From NCBI GenBank assembly GCA_964658305.1, contig OZ210885.1, positions 62,001-126,000 on the forward strand: 64,000 nucleotides of DNA, read 5' to 3'. A program made the position numbers and the translations under genes. Shown piece by piece: positions 28,401-43,775 of the stretch. Positions within the stretch are counted from its first letter, which is position 1; each line of letters opens with the position of its first letter. This DNA is from Leptogorgia sarmentosa (Eukaryota). The notes beneath the pieces are model-generated. The model did not search any database and was not told the DNA's origin. It saw only the letters and a program-made list of their open reading frames with translations.

Positions 28401-31400
28401 CTGTAAGTATAGGTTGTCGGTACAGTCGCTTGACGTTCGCTTAGAAAGAACGGAAAGCAGCTATAGAAACTACGGCACATTAATTAAATAATTATTTACA
28501 ATCTGACACATTACAATTGAAACACAAAAATATAACTTTTAAAATTTTTATAATTCATGACCTACAGTTACTAAATGCACTTTGACAGTTAGGAAAAAAA
28601 GTAATCTGCTGGGTAAAGCAGATAAAAGCTCCGATTTTTAGCATGCCACTGATCTGAATAACCGTATTATGAACATCCTGCAATTATTCATTGCATTTTT
28701 TGTACATAATTTATTATTTAGCACCCATTATATAAAAAGCTTTCATTTCCATCATTCTTCTACATTCAAACGACAAAAGCGGTTTTAGAAAAGTGGTTTA
28801 AGGTCCATTGTTATATATGTATCTATATATGTTTGCTTAAAAGTTACTGCGAATTACAACATTTTGTGCAAGAAATGGATGAATTACATAAAACCGCATG
28901 GGTTTAAATGCAGCCGCATACTTTGCAGACTGTGCATGTATGTATATTGACATTTCTTGGTTAATTAGACGGTACAGTCTTATACAAGCTTTCCGAAGTC
29001 GAAATCCTTTCATCTTACTTAAAATCGCTATTTATTGAATTTGTGTGAATGTAATAAATATCTCGCAGTCCTGCGATGAACGATGAACGGGAATTGTGTC
29101 GGTATATTAACAAGGATAATGAAAGCATTGTTTACAATTAATTTCCTTGCATGTTGTGTTCTACACGTTTTAATCAAGGTTTATCAATTATTTTTATGCT
29201 TTGTGCACAGAAAGATTTTCTACTCCTGTTGCTGATCGCTCATCATTGTGTGCACCGCAGAGCTTGCCTTACCCGTGGCAGGAAAAATCTCTTTTTTATT
29301 TTGCTTTATTTAATAATTTCAAGTTGAGAAAAGTCGAACATTCGCATAAAATGTCGTGTTTTAATAACATCAAGAAAAACGCCCACAAAAGCATCAAATG
29401 AACCGTGTAGCATGAAAATGCTAATAATTGATTAAGAGTAAAATTTAACTCAATGACATGTTTTTTTTTTCTTAAATTACCAGAATGATCGCGATACTGT
29501 GGAGAGAAATGAAGATAAGCGTCATATTTGAAGAGTTCGGTAAACCAGAGTTTTAATACTCGATGGCTGGTATTCAATGCATTGAATAATAAAAGATGCA
29601 GTTTTTATGTTATGCTCACTCTCAACAGGACATTGTTTCATAATTGGCAGATGTTCAAACGGTAAACTGCATTAATTTAGATCATCTTCGAAAGCGTTTC
29701 GAAACCGCTGGTTTTTTTAAACAGCCTCCGCAAAGAGCAACATCTATAGGGAAACTTTTTTGTTTACTTGATCGCCTCGAAAAAGGTAAGTACTCACAAT
29801 AATTTTTTTGGACACTTTTTATCAGTGAATATTTCTTCATGTGCGTATGATGTGGATTTAGTAGGAAAATAATTGATCCATGCATATTTGGGGTTTTCAG
29901 TTTTTATATATTCATATCTCTTTATAACAAATCTACACATTCACCCAAATACAAGGTTTTTTAAATGGAGAATTGATATCGGACCTGAGGATGATCTCAG
30001 ATTATACCTTTCAAATAAACTTACCATTTACCAATATATATCGGCTCCTTATAGAAATATTTTGTACGAGTTGATTTTTATCACTGAGGTGTTTGTTGAC
30101 CTCAAACATGTAGAACTCGACAGTGTGTTGAAATAGTGAGACGTTAGCAATTTTTTCGACTTTGGATAATCCTATGATTTGAATATAGTGAAAACATAAA
30201 TGCAATAAGTCAATCGCCGAAAAGGATTGAAAATCCTTGTAGAAATTAAATACCGAATGACTGCTGAGAATGGCATATCCAATACGGCGTTTTATTGTAA
30301 ACATCAACAAGTAGCAAACAGTTTCCATTTACCACGACCAGACGGGTGTGACAAAAGAATATCACGTCAAAATTATCTTTATTTCTGAACCTGCCACTTT
30401 CAATGGTCAGCTTTCATTTAATCACCTTTCTTCCTTTTCCTTGCTCTACCAAACTAACTGCCTAAAGGCTAAAGGCCGTTTTCCCACTTCACCCGAATCG
30501 TACCCAAAAGTAAAGTGTCTTCTGAGCGCTGAAATAGATCTACACAAAGAAAATGCTCCGTTACGTTACGATACGCTTGACGTGGGAAACGGTATTAAAT
30601 GATACATACAATGAGATTAAACGTTTAACAGCGGCCCTTTGTCGGGATAATTCCCGTGTTTCGTTTAGGTAGTGAGAAGAATTTCTGCTCGTTGATGTTG
30701 TATACATGCACTGGTCAGGTCTAGGCCACATGAAATGAAGGTTTTTATTGTTGGGCACAATACTGACAATAGACCAACTGAGCTTCCACTGCATTAACAT
30801 CGTATATAGCGTTTTCATTTCATTTAGTTGTAATTTCCAGACCACTGTCTGGTTTCTAAATAATCTTCAGATTGTGTGTCGAAGCCTCCTTTTTGCATAT
30901 TCCTTGACCACTGAGTGGTCTAAGTTACAGAGGTTTTGTTTGTTCATATGACTATATACATGCAAGGTCACCCAAAAACCTGTTAGAAACTATAAGGAAT
31001 AACGTATTGATATTTGATAGAATTGAAATAACTCAGCACTTTGTTCAACACATGAATTAAATTTCTTTCAGAATTTGAAAGCAACTTCCCAATAGCACAA
31101 ATCAAATCAAATCATATGCGTTAAAGAGATGTTTTGATTTTCTAGCCGTAAAACAACATTAGTGCATGTACCCTGTCAATATTTTACGTACGTATCTTTA
31201 CGTACATGAATATTTACATCCTCGTTTACCTCCACGCCTTGATCATGCTTAAGCTGCGGGGAAAGACGTTGAGCACTAATGACAATTAATTTTAATGGCT
31301 GTTTGAAGCATTCTTCTTTGATGTTTTACCGCTAAATGTAGCCACAGCTCATTTTTTTCCTGATCTTTTGCGAGGCAGGTTTCTCCGATGAAACGGTGTC

Positions 31401-33971
31401 GGAAATAACGCAAAGATAGCGTCAATAACCAAGACGTTTTCTTTGAGAATCCCACAGTCAGCAAAACGGTCCGGTTGTGAAAGTAATCCTAATGACATTT
31501 TTATTGACTGTTGCCGAAGTCACAATGACTGACCCAAAAGGGGCATAAAGACATTACCTCAAATGTGATGGTTTATAATGGTTATTAATCCGAGTATATC
31601 TTATCACAATGCATGTCTGGGTCTTTTATACCGCATTTCAAACAAAATATGATGTATGAAATTTAAAACAACTGACGTCATATATAACAAATTAGGATAA
31701 AGCTCCACAATTTTCGGAAAACGTTTCCACGAAAGTTGACAAAACAAAGGTTTTCCTCTTCAATTTAAACATTTTTATAGAGTAATTATAATTCATAAGT
31801 ATGCATGTGCAGTTCCTGAATATTTTTAGCGTTCAATTGTCCCGGAGTGAGTAATGTGGTTTGTAATCATATCATCTTTTGACCTCACGACGTTGAGATT
31901 GATGGAGAAGATGTTGGCATGCACATTATTATTATTATTCTAATATTTTATATACAAATAATTTACCAACTATGAATAATTTATTATAGTAAATAAAACT
32001 ATGATATGATAGAATATATTATTACATATCATTACAAATAATATAGTAACACAAGAGCTAAAGTCTGCATTTCATTTCAGAAACGAGTATGCATAATTAA
32101 ATAGTACAAATTTTGCGGGCCAATATGTTGTTGAAATTAAGTTGCTTGTGGCTTTGAAATCAAATCCTGGTGGTCTAAAATTAATACATTTTGGTCTCTT
32201 ATCATTTTAGAGTCTTCGCATGCATTATATAAGCCTAAAGGGACATTAAAATTCATTTCATGCTAATTTCACGTCCTAGAAAACGATCGAGTTCTGTCAA
32301 CCTTAACGAAGATCTTATCAGCCCGAGATTTTTTCGTTTTTTAGTCGGGAAAATTCAGTCTTATAATGAAAGAGAAGTTGTTCGTATCCGCGCTTCATTA
32401 AAATTTTTAAGGCCATTATTCTCATTGTAATCAAGATAACGTTAATGCAAGTCATTAGCTTTGTGGTGTGCTGATGATTATCAGACCACTAACAAAACCA
32501 TATCATATCTATCATACGTAATCTCTTCTTACAGGAAGTTATTCGGCCAAATCTGAACTTAGGAAATGTCTCCAAGGGTAAAAACACTTTTGAACATTTA
32601 TAACCCATCACTAATTCATTTACTTCAAGAACGCCACAAGATATTCATCAAACTTAATCTACAATGTCAGTTCAGCATTGCTAAGCGATTTTTGTGAATA
32701 GGTTGGCGATCCTGACACGAATAACACGATAGAGATGACTAACTGTATAATTTTTGCAATCTAGCAATCTGCATGCCTGTTTGTGTGTTGTATATTGTTG
32801 TTCATTATCGATTTAAAACGGGGAGACACCTTGCCCGAGACTTATACATACTTCATGTACCGTTCGCATCCTCTCGGCTGGAGCATTGTCCAATAAATAT
32901 GGATCATATAGCCATGCATAGACAGATGGGGAAAAAAAATTTCATGATGGGCAAAATTAAAGTCAGCCATGGAAAAAAACCTCGTCTTACTGAAAAACAT
33001 TGACTGTTATTTCAATAGTAATTTTTCAGTTATTCCAGTGCATGTATTGCGTCAATCAAATAAAGCTTGATCTTGAGGATAACTGGTATTACAGGAGTTC
33101 GTGCCCTCCCTAGGAAATTCGCCCCCCTTCTCGAGGACTACTGCATCCCGGAGGGATAATTTCCTAAGATACTCGATCCCTCAGTTTAAAATCCATTTTT
33201 GCTCGGAGTCTTCTCAGACATACAAAATGTTCCAAGCTACATTGCGACATTGGTTTGCACACACAAGCTGCATCATTTCAATTGCTACAAAACTGAAACA
33301 TTTGACACAAACGTTACATTGCCCTATTTTTTAGAAACCCGTTGTGCAATAATTACTGGGTGTGTAGACATAATTTTTACAGTCTGTCATCTGGAGCAAA
33401 ACAGAACAAAATAAGAGAAATATTGTTGGTCAGAGGTCGAAATCACATATTTTAACTTCTGCGACTGCGCCGGACAACAGTGCAGCAATCAACCACGAAT
33501 GCGTCATGGTAATAAGGAGCTTAGGCGGATGAGTAAATAGGGTTAGGAAACTGACATGTCAAAATTGGATTTCCTTTTTTGAGACAATTTGTGTATGAAT
33601 TATGATGTTGATTCCTGTCTAGACTTGGTCGGTTATCTTACCTCATCAATAACGCCGCTAAAAATTACTTTGACGGTTACACGTGATTGTACTTTTACAG
33701 TAAATTTGTCTCTGATGCATGCCTCTTACGTTGTCACAAATGCATTCTTCACCGTTGCTGCCATTATGAAAAACAATACTGGTATGAAATATACCAGCAA
33801 TACAGTTGCTGGTGTAGGTGAATACATAATTAGAGTAGGGCAGTGTGAGGCAGACTCCCTGTGCTTGTCTCATTCATATAATATCATTGCAATGCAATCT
33901 ACCTATTATGTGAATCATGACAAAGCTATAACAATATTTTTGCATTTTAGGACAAAAACGCCAAAGCAGGG

Positions 33972-36900
33972 ATGCAAAACCAGCCAAGAATTGCTGCCAA
34001 GCCGGGAAAAATGGAGAACGGTCCACCAGTGACAGTTTTGAACGAACGAAATTTGACGATTGTACGACGAATTGCAAATGATTGGCAGAAACTAACACCA
34101 AAACGTCAGACTAGGAAACGTTACATGAAGTATGAGGAGATGTTGATGCAGGAGATCCCTGGGGCGAGTAAGAAAACCAACCAAGCAATGCATGCTGTAC
34201 TGGAAAGTGACCTGGAGGATACTGAGGATGACAGAGGGAAAGGAATGGGAGCCACTGTTAAAGTCAGGTAATTCATATAAATTCTTAGAGGACGGCCCCC
34301 ACGGTTCCTACGTCCCTGGGGCTCATCGATTGCCTCCGGGTAAATTTTAAAAATACGGCCCTTCAGAAAGAAGCACTTGGATCTTCAGTCACAACAAAAA
34401 TGTCATCTTTCTTCAGGACGTTTCATCTCAAGCAATATTTCAATCCTTTTTGCTGCATGGTTGTGAATTCAATAACTTATCATAGGAGAAATGCAACGAT
34501 TTATTCAAACAAGCAGTAAAAGTTCTACCGACTCTACGTTTAATACTTTTACAACTTGGGGAATGTCAGTCAGAATCCAACATACATGATATGTCTGAAC
34601 GTTTTAAAAACTTTTTTTACTATAAAATATTATTAATAAATTATATTAGCCCCGGTACTTTTTTATTCACATATCATAATATTATCCCTTCTAATTGATA
34701 TCTCCAATGTATAATGCAGTTGTTTAAACTACTAAAATATGATTTTACTTAAACACATAGGCGTACGGGCACATTTTTTTTGGGGGGGCTGGGCTGAATT
34801 TGCCCGAATTACATATGACGTCATAGATTTCGTGACGTCATCATAATATTATATAATCTGAGAATACTATAAATGAAAAGCTTTCCTTTGAAGATTGATA
34901 TAAAAAGAAATATGTCGTCCCTAGCCATTTCAATTATAAGCTAAATATACTCATTACAATTTACAGAGAAAGAGAAAGTTACTAGCGTAACAACATTTTA
35001 TCTAATCACCAGACCGTCGCTGCCCGAATGACAAGACAATTTTTGCCCGAATAGATGAATTCTCAAAAAATTTGGGGGGGCTGCAGCCCCCCAGCCCCAC
35101 CCCCTCGTACGCATATGCTTAAACAGCATAATTGATTGATAACGGCGGGAATTAGTGTCACAAAGGACCTTTTGGTCGAAATTTCGAATCTTATTTTTTT
35201 TCAGAAACCATGCATTGATCCAATTAAATGTATTATTTTTCAGAAACCACGCATTGATCCATTATATTGCACAGTTGGCTAGTTCTAATAACGACAACGA
35301 CACATTTGACTTTTCTTTTGTTGAATCATTATTGAAAAACGGGGCGGATATTAATGCAAGAGATAAACATGGTCAAACAATCTTTCATGAAGTAGCGAGA
35401 AGCTGGCATTTAGATGTTGCCCAGTTTTTACTTAAAAATGGTAAATAAATACGATAATAAATACAGTGTATATTGATTATGATGTTTAAAATTACGATTA
35501 AATAATCACGATCGACATTGAACAATTACGATCGACATTGGTTAAATACGATATTTTGAGGCAAGCTAACTTTTGAACAACTCACCCCCTTCTTTATGAG
35601 AGCCATCTTGTTTGTTTTCCAGGTGCGCGCATTGATCAACAGGATAAATATGGTCGAGCTCCACTCCATGTTGCAGCGGCTGTCGACTATGCCAAGATGG
35701 TAGAATTTCTAATCAATAATGGAGCTGATGTGAATATCAAAACCACAGGAGAAGGGCAGTCTCCCATACATTTTGCAGCAAAGAATGACGCTTGTCTCTC
35801 ACTCAAAATGTTGCTGGCTTATGATGCTGATATGGGAGCGAGAGATTATCAAGAAAGGACACCTTTACAGGTGACGTTCGTACTAAATCAATTTTCGGGA
35901 TATCGCTTGTCTTTCTGAACATTCATTCATCTATAACAAGAAACTTTATTTGATTGGAAATATTTTACCAAAGCACAATTTTTGTAATAAAACACATTAT
36001 AAGCAATTGAATGCGATATGTTTGTATCGAAATACTGCGAGACAATTAATTAAAGCAACATAATTAGCTATACAGTAGTCGTAATATATTTTTACTTATT
36101 ATTTATTGGTAATAATTCAAGAATTTCGATGGTTAAAAGCTGAGGATGAAATTGTCATATCCGTTCGGTAGCAGTCTAAATTTTATATACCTATACAAAT
36201 ACAAATTAAAACAATTGTTTAAATCGGTTCTCTTAGAACTTGACAAATTGTCAAAGCTTCGATTCGTGTCATCATTTCTTGTGATACAAAAGTGCATATT
36301 ACTTCTTATTTTACAATTGCCACGAGAGGAACAATAAATTTGTGTTTATTTGGTTAGTCAAGAAATGTTGTTCATAAACTTTTTTCTCTCTTCTCAGGTT
36401 GCGGCTGAAATGAGCCGTTCTAAAGCGGCTAAACTTCTCATTGACATGGGCGCTCCTGCCGGAGTCTACGACATCAAGGGAGAAGTAGCTTTATCCCTCC
36501 TTATCCTCAAAATGCCCGATGTAGCCCTCGTTGCGTTGGATCAGTTCCACTCTGAAGATATGATCAACAGAAAAGAGTACTATTTCCTGAACTATCTTGA
36601 AGGACCACGATTATTGGAAGATAAGGTTCGTCTTTTAATGGATTGTTAATAAAAAGCTAAGCTGGAGATATTACTTTTTTAATTAATATTCTTTATGATT
36701 TATTGCATGAGAAAATTGATTACTGATACTATCAATCATGCCACAAGGAATGAAAATCTAAAACGAAAATTGCAATCGAATAATGAAAACGTAAAAAAAT
36801 TCCTTACAAGTAAAGAAAACAAACATAAGTGAAGCTGATCAAACAAAAATTTAAAGGTTTTGAAAACTCGAAGGCTCTTGTTTTGTTTTTACTTTGCGGA

Positions 36901-39900
36901 AGTTGCATACCGTTACAAAAAAATATTACACTTTGTATTACTGTTCAAGATTGGGAAAATAGAAAGCTTAATTCACCCAATGAATAAATGTGTTTTTATT
37001 TAAAAAACAGAATCCAATGATGTAGTGTGATAATTAAAACAATCTTCTGCTTAGAAAAGTGGTGCCCGCACCCCCCTAGAAGTTGCCATTCAGACTCAAC
37101 AATTCGATATCGTCATGCATCCCGTCATGCAACGTTTGGTCTACATGAAGTGGAAGAAATTCGGCAAACGTGGTGCGTGGTTGGATCTTGCTACAAATTT
37201 ACTATTTTCCATCCTTTGGACGGTGCTCGGTGTGACGTTGCCTCACAAAGCTGTTGAGTTATACGAACCTCTAACGGAGCGCTGGTGGAGACTGGTTCTA
37301 GCTATTTTGGTGATGTTTCTGACGTTTGTTGAGATCTTTAAACAAGTGGCTTCCGTATATCGAGTAAAGAAATCATTAACCAAATGGAAAGGTAAGGAAA
37401 AATCTAGGTTTATAAGCGTGGCGTAACACTCATGTAGTAAAGCTGGTTTGCTACGTATAGACATTTACTATTGTGGTCAATGTGGTCATTTAAAACAATA
37501 ACGTAGATGCTCAACATTTCAATAACGTAGGTTGTCAATCCCTATACGGTTGTGGCTTTGAAAGCATGGATTGTATTTCCTGACTCGGTTCATGACGCCA
37601 GAGGACGCCTGAAATGTTGCAAGCAAAATAAGCAACCTAATATTGATTAAGTAAGAAATCCTGCATGAAGTTTATTCACTATTTCAGGGTACCGTGAAAA
37701 AGAACTGGAAAGGGATCTTCCATATTGTCATCCAAGATGGCCAGACGAGAAACGTTATTTAGACGGTGAAATAAAAGCGGTGAGAGAAGAACGTTTGTTA
37801 AGTTCTCAAGATGGCTGGTTTTACATCGACTGGTTTGCTCTTATACTGATCATGGGATCTGCGATATCTCATGCAACATTCTTCTTCCTTGACACAGAAA
37901 AAGTCTATAATATTCACATCCGCTTTGTTTGTCTTCTTTTGATCGTCATTTGGTTCAGAATTATGAAATACGCTCGACCATTTAAAGGCCCAGGTCCATT
38001 CGTGGCATTGTTCAGTCACATGTTGGGTGATATTCTGAAATGGGTGTTTTTGTTCTTGGTTTTCTTTATTCCATACACAGCCTGTTTTTGGATGATTTTT
38101 GGTGGTTACAGTACCAACCCGGCTGAAGGATACGACACCTTGCCTAAGCTACTCTATTCAGGTATTCTTTGTAATTAATATATTGCATCATTCTTCGATA
38201 CGAATCATATATTTTTATATCAAACTTCAATTTGTGGCGAGTGTAGGAATAATGGGTAACAAAACACCGAGAAACAGCAAAAATTCTACATGCACACATC
38301 TTCAACCCGATACAATAAGATTAGAGCAAAGCGCCGTTGTCACTAATTTTTAATCGGGATATTTGCGAAAAAAAAGGCCAGAAAATGTTCGTTGAGACTC
38401 AAAAGCCATCTGAATTGAGACTATAAAGGTGACTGTACAAGAACTGGGAATCTATAGTATGCAAGGTTAACAGCTATTACGTCTCCCTGCCAGTAACAAA
38501 CATTTTCTATGTTTTTATTCAGTGTTTGGTATGACAGTTTTGGATAACTATGCATTTGAATCACTGGAAGAAAAAGATGCTACAATGGCGAGAGTGTTAT
38601 GTGGAACATATATCTCGATCTGTTCTATTATCATTTTAAATCTCCTTATTGCTCTCCTGGCTGACACTTTCACGCGCGTCTACGAAAATGCCATTGAGAA
38701 TGCGGCAATGCAACGAGCAAAGACAATCCTAAATCTCGAACAATCACTGAGAAAATCTCACAAACGAAATTATTATGACTTCATCAGAGAACATTGCAGT
38801 CCTGAAGTAAAAGATTATGACGCACAGGATGAGGTAAATAGAGCTTTGGTCATATCATGAATAATATAAATTATAATCCATGCATGGAAACTAGTTGACT
38901 TGGGAGTCTCCTTTTTGACCATCACCAAATTTTTTATTACAGAGCGGAAATGATCGTGATAAAAAACGGCAAATGGATGAAATGAGATTGCAAGTGAACG
39001 ACATTTTTGTATTGATCAACGAAAGATTTGGCAAACGTTTTGGTGAAGCACAGAAATCTGATTTGGACGAGTTGATGGAAAAAATGACGTCCGTCTCGAC
39101 AGAAACATCAAAGATTCGTACATCAGTTCAACTTACAATGATACGACTGAAAGCATTGGAACAGACGGCGAAGAGAAATGGAAGTATGGAAATGAAGATT
39201 GGTGGCCAGGCCTTAGCAGCGGCATACGCCAGACGTCAGTCTAATGTGAGTGTGCAGTCAGAATCGTCAGAAAAAAAATCTCGAAGCAGTCGTAAACAAC
39301 GCGTTTTATCCGAGCCTAACATTCAAAAGAAACGCGAACGACAAGAAGGCAAATATGCAACAATTTCTGGACAACAAAAGACGTCTTTGCGACCACACTC
39401 ACGAGCATCTGTCAAATCTGTTGACAGTAAAAGAATTCGTGAATCTAGTAGACCACCATCACGTGAAGGAATCTTGGAAGAGCATCTTGTGGCACGTGAA
39501 GAGCCAAGCAAGTCTGGGTATGTCAGCGCCACAGATGATGATATTCGCCCTATGGAGCATGCGCAGATATCACATATACCCATTTCACAGGAGCAGGTAA
39601 CATCCTCCGATGAGGAAACAATCTTGAATGACTTCGACGACGAGAGTAGTTCATTGACCGCCGATGTCAACGAAAAGAAACGTCAAGCTGTGGATAAGAA
39701 AGGAAAGTTACCGAAACAATCCTCTGTGAGTAAATTGCCAAAAACTTTGGCTGATGTGTTTAAGAAAGCAAAACATAAGGCACGGTTATCAAGCGATAGT
39801 TCCCAGCTCTCCCAGCGAGATGATGACGTCAGAGATACAGCTCAGGAAATGCCAGGTCCAAGTTCAGGCTCTGCTTTAGCTCCATTAGCACCAAGGAGTG

Positions 39901-39938
39901 ATTTATCAGACACTTCATACGTCACAACTGACAATTAG
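33972..39938 (+). CDS. Ankyrin-repeat TRP cation channel (TRPV/TRPA-related), ~1028 aa, 8 coding exons
   Basis: Exons 33972-34267, 35244-35440, 35623-35870, 36398-36625, 37055-37391, 37688-38161, 38523-38833 and 38943-39938 join in frame (3087 nt). About 5-6 ankyrin repeats, pre-S1 HPVMQRLVYMKWKKFG, six hydrophobic segments, S6 LNLLIALLADTF, and a long Ser/Lys/Arg-rich tail. The start codon is tentative. Confidence 0.92.
34756..35117. mobile_element. hAT-like MITE with 8-bp TSD
   Basis: TIRs CATAGGCGTACG / CGTACGCATATG. TSD CTTAAACA at 34748-34755 and 35118-35125. Confidence 0.87.
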
Positions 39939-40602
39939 GTCATTCTTGCAAAAACACCAATTGCTTCAGAACACGTTCATATTTGTAAAAATATTTGTTA
40001 ACATTTCACTGGCCATTATTGGACAAGTGAATACTTTGAGGGTTGTTTGTTTGAGAACTATACTAGGTACGGTTAATACGTTTTTAAAGCTGAAGCAAAT
40101 GTAGTCAGTTATGGTGCTTGTTATTAGATTATCTTGTAACAAACTACAATGTCTGTTAGAAAATTTATCAAGATATGCATGTTAATTGAAATAACGTAAA
40201 TTTCAATAAGCTAATAAAAGTAAAGGCATGCATGGAAAATATATAGACGGAGAAATGTGCACCAGAAAGCAATGCATAGTGATTTTGATTTTGTCAAAAT
40301 TTGCTGGATGATATGACTGGTTTATTTATGTCACAAATTGTTGCTCCATTAAAGAACGACAAGATGACTTAATTTTCATTCGTTAAATTTTATTCAGTTG
40401 AACTAGATTCCTACTGGACACAAAGGACGGCATGAACTAGTTGAGGCGAGGGAATGTATTAAACCACATTGTTCTGTAGCAATTAACATTGCCTCAATTA
40501 CAGGCTATTCTATTGTGTGCGCGCAAGCAAATTAGGATATAGTGTCGATTATATAAAAAATTACATATTAATAGCGAAAAGCATTCTGATATACCGCCAC
40601 CA

Positions 40603-43119
40603 TTAGACAATGTCGTAATCAACCTGGCCTTTTTTGTATCCATCATAAAATTTCAAGTAATTTTCTTTTGAGATGAGCGTTTCCTTCACCGCTGCATCAT
40701 TTAGCATCAGGTTGACCCAGCTTGTCAAGTTTGGATGGACGTCAGCAGAGAGTGCATGCATCATGGGTAACCGTTCAAACCACGGCCACATCATGTAGTC
40801 CAACATTCCAACCTCGTTCCCTGGGGGGGGGAGAGGAGGGGCGATATGTTAGAATAAATAAAATGTTAAGGTGTAATTTAAGACACAGATGCACATGATA
40901 TCAATGCACGTGGATATGAGATTGATCGACACTTTAGAAGGGAACAATATTCTTGTTGGTGGTAAAGCAGTGTATACCATTTCATGTACTTTGGCTAAAT
41001 TGCCTGTTTTACACAAAATGAAAAAAACGGAAAGTTACCTGCAAAGTATTTGAATTTATTCTCAGTTAGATACTGTTCAGCATTGCCAATATTCTTCAAA
41101 AGTTCTTCTTTGGTTTCCTCAGAACGTTGTGCAGAGTGTTTGTAAAATGAGGGAATGAACTACAAAATGTACGTTTGAAATCAACTGAGGAGAAATTGCA
41201 TGAGATTCCATTAGCATGAAAGTTGGTCACCCAAGTGTCAGATTTGGTCTGGGGGCAGCACCCCAATCAACCTCTTAAGACCTTGGTGGAAATATTTGTT
41301 TTTTTCCACTGCTTTCCATGTTTCCTTTGTGTGCAAAAACTACAGTAGGTAACATTACTGAATGCTGTGGAAACATTTGGCATTTACTGATCTAAAGAGA
41401 CTGATGCTTCCCTAAGGATCAGCGGATTCTGAAATCGTACACATGTGGGGTATCTCTTCCCCCTCCCTATTGCAAAATCTTGTGTATTTTCAAATGAACC
41501 ACTTTTTCAAGTCATTCTCATTGCATGAAAAACTTACTGAGCTGAATTGCTATTAAATTGCAGCAACAGCTTCTCAGCTAATATGAATTTTTAATGCATC
41601 AGTCACCCTGTAGAAACAAATATCACTGATGGTAATGGTAAACAATGCCCATGCATTACTTACTGTTTCACCAAATCGTTCAATATAAATTTTTTGCTTT
41701 GCTTTTTCCCTCGGATCTTTTGGGTGTAGTTGTTTCTCTGGATAGAGCTCATCCAGTAAATCTACACAACAAAGAGATCAGTTTAACACAAAGGCAGATA
41801 ATGACCATTTCACATAATTTTATAATCATAGGGCTGAAATAGATACAGTAAGTGGTTGACGTTAAATAGGAGAAATAAGTATGTCATGAAGCACACAATA
41901 TAAAAGAAAATTCAATCAACAACATACCACACACAATGAGAGATTCATAAATTGTTTCGCCATCAGGGAACTCAATTGCAGGAACTTTACGAGATGGATT
42001 GATTGAAGGATACCATTCTGGTAACTCACTTCGTAATTTGATATTAACGATATCAAAATCTGCGAGACCTTTAGCTGCCACTACCAATCTTGGCCTCTGA
42101 AAGCAAAACATAGTTGAAATATAAAATTAAAAGTTTTGAAAACATGAAATCTTAAATGTTCAGCTCAGTTGGGGTAAATAGTTTAACTAAGAACGACCGG
42201 GGACGAAAGTGAAAATGCAACAATACATTGGCTCAATTGGAGGAATTGAACCTGTTAGAAATGGACTTGTTGTAAACAATAAACATTCAAAGCATTGTTT
42301 CTTGGAGGGGAGGAGTGGTGCAGTAATTAGCACCAGTCAAGACAAAAAAATTGAACCAAAAATGTCAACATTCAAATTAATGATTATTTATATTTTCTTG
42401 CTTCAATTTTAACATTCAAAATTTCTTCCCATTTTGGTTATCCCCCCAAATAATAAAACAATTTTTTTAAAACTTGGCACCCTGAAAGATTGGAAATTGA
42501 TAATTTGAGCCTTTTTTTCATTTCTATCCTTAGTTTGTCAGGCCCAATCACTGTTTTTGCAACTTTAGATCATACACAACAAAATTGCTTTCTTTTTCCT
42601 TGCTTTTTTAAATAAACTTGAATGCATTGAAATGGGTTCACAAATTATAGGGGGGGGGGGGGGGATTGCAGGCCCAGGTGGCCTCAATAACAACAGGGAC
42701 AACTATCGCCACATATTTGTTGTGAGAATTTTTTTTACAACAGTAAAACTTGCAGGATGTAAATCATGAGCAAGTAGGTACTCTAACGGATCTGAAATAG
42801 ACCTCACCATACATGAACGTGATACATCACTGTCATTCCCACTGAACGCTATACAAAAACTGGACATGCACTGGGCTACAGTGAAAGTCAACCAAAACTT
42901 TAAGAGAGCCTCGTGATCAAATTACTGCCCTGCAAATGATCTGCTGTTCTGCTGTTCGTGGTTGGAGATGAGACAATTTAGAAGATTTACGTTCGAAAAA
43001 GTGCTGAATTTTCTACATACCTGAGCAAAAGGACAAAATTTCATGCTGTAAATACGGAATTTCTTTGTATTGTCAAAAGCAAGTCTTGCATCGCCAGTTT
43101 GTAAATGTTTAGTCGACAT
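40603..43119 (-). CDS. GSTO1: Glutathione S-transferase omega, 234 aa, 5 exons
   Basis: Exons 43119-43021, 42096-41928, 41761-41664, 41159-41039 and 40820-40603 (705 nt). Motifs: IYSMKFCPFAQRPRL, KVPAIE, IYESLIVCDLLDELYP, GMLDYMMWPWFERL. Confidence 0.95.
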
Positions 43120-43259
43120 TGTAATAACTGAGGTGGTTTTTGATAAAGAATCCCAACAATAAAACTGATGTTGCAATAAAATGTGGCAAAGAACGATTCC
43201 CTTGCTGTTTATATAATGATCGTAGTTACGTAATCTCCTTACTTCGCATCACTCAAACG

Positions 43260-43775
43260 GCGACAGTAAAAGAAGAGTCATTTCCGACTCTCGAGCGCAA
43301 AGATGACACAGCAAAATGAACAAATGCTAGCACAAAGCAAATCACAGTTGAATAAGATGCAAAAACTAGTAGCTTACTGAAAAAGATTATAAGCTGTTTT
43401 AAGTGATTTTGGTAAAGAACCTTAGACTATCAATGATTGATCATCCATTGTCTGTTAGTTTGACAATAAAAGACGAGTCATTTCCGATTCTCGAGTGCGC
43501 AAAAATGACCCAGCAAAATGCGAATGCACAAAGCAAATCACTGTTAAAATACAAAAATGATCATTGAAAGTATTATTGAAAAAGCTTATAAAAACTAATT
43601 ATAAGCCGTTTATTAAAGATTAGATTATAATTAAGCGGTTTTTGATAATTAAAGAATACTGCCATGATTGTAGCTAATCTGTATAGTTTGGCAATAAAAG
43701 ACGATCATCATCTCCGACTTTCGAGTGCGCAAAAATGACACAGCAAATGCGCAAATGCAGCACAGCAGTGCAAAA
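43260..43775 (+). repeat. Degenerate ~200-230-bp tandem triplication upstream of GSTO
   Basis: TAAAAGA..TCAT..CCGA..CTCGAG..CGCAAA..ATGAC.CAGCAAA at ~43267, 43467 and 43695. Confidence 0.8.
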
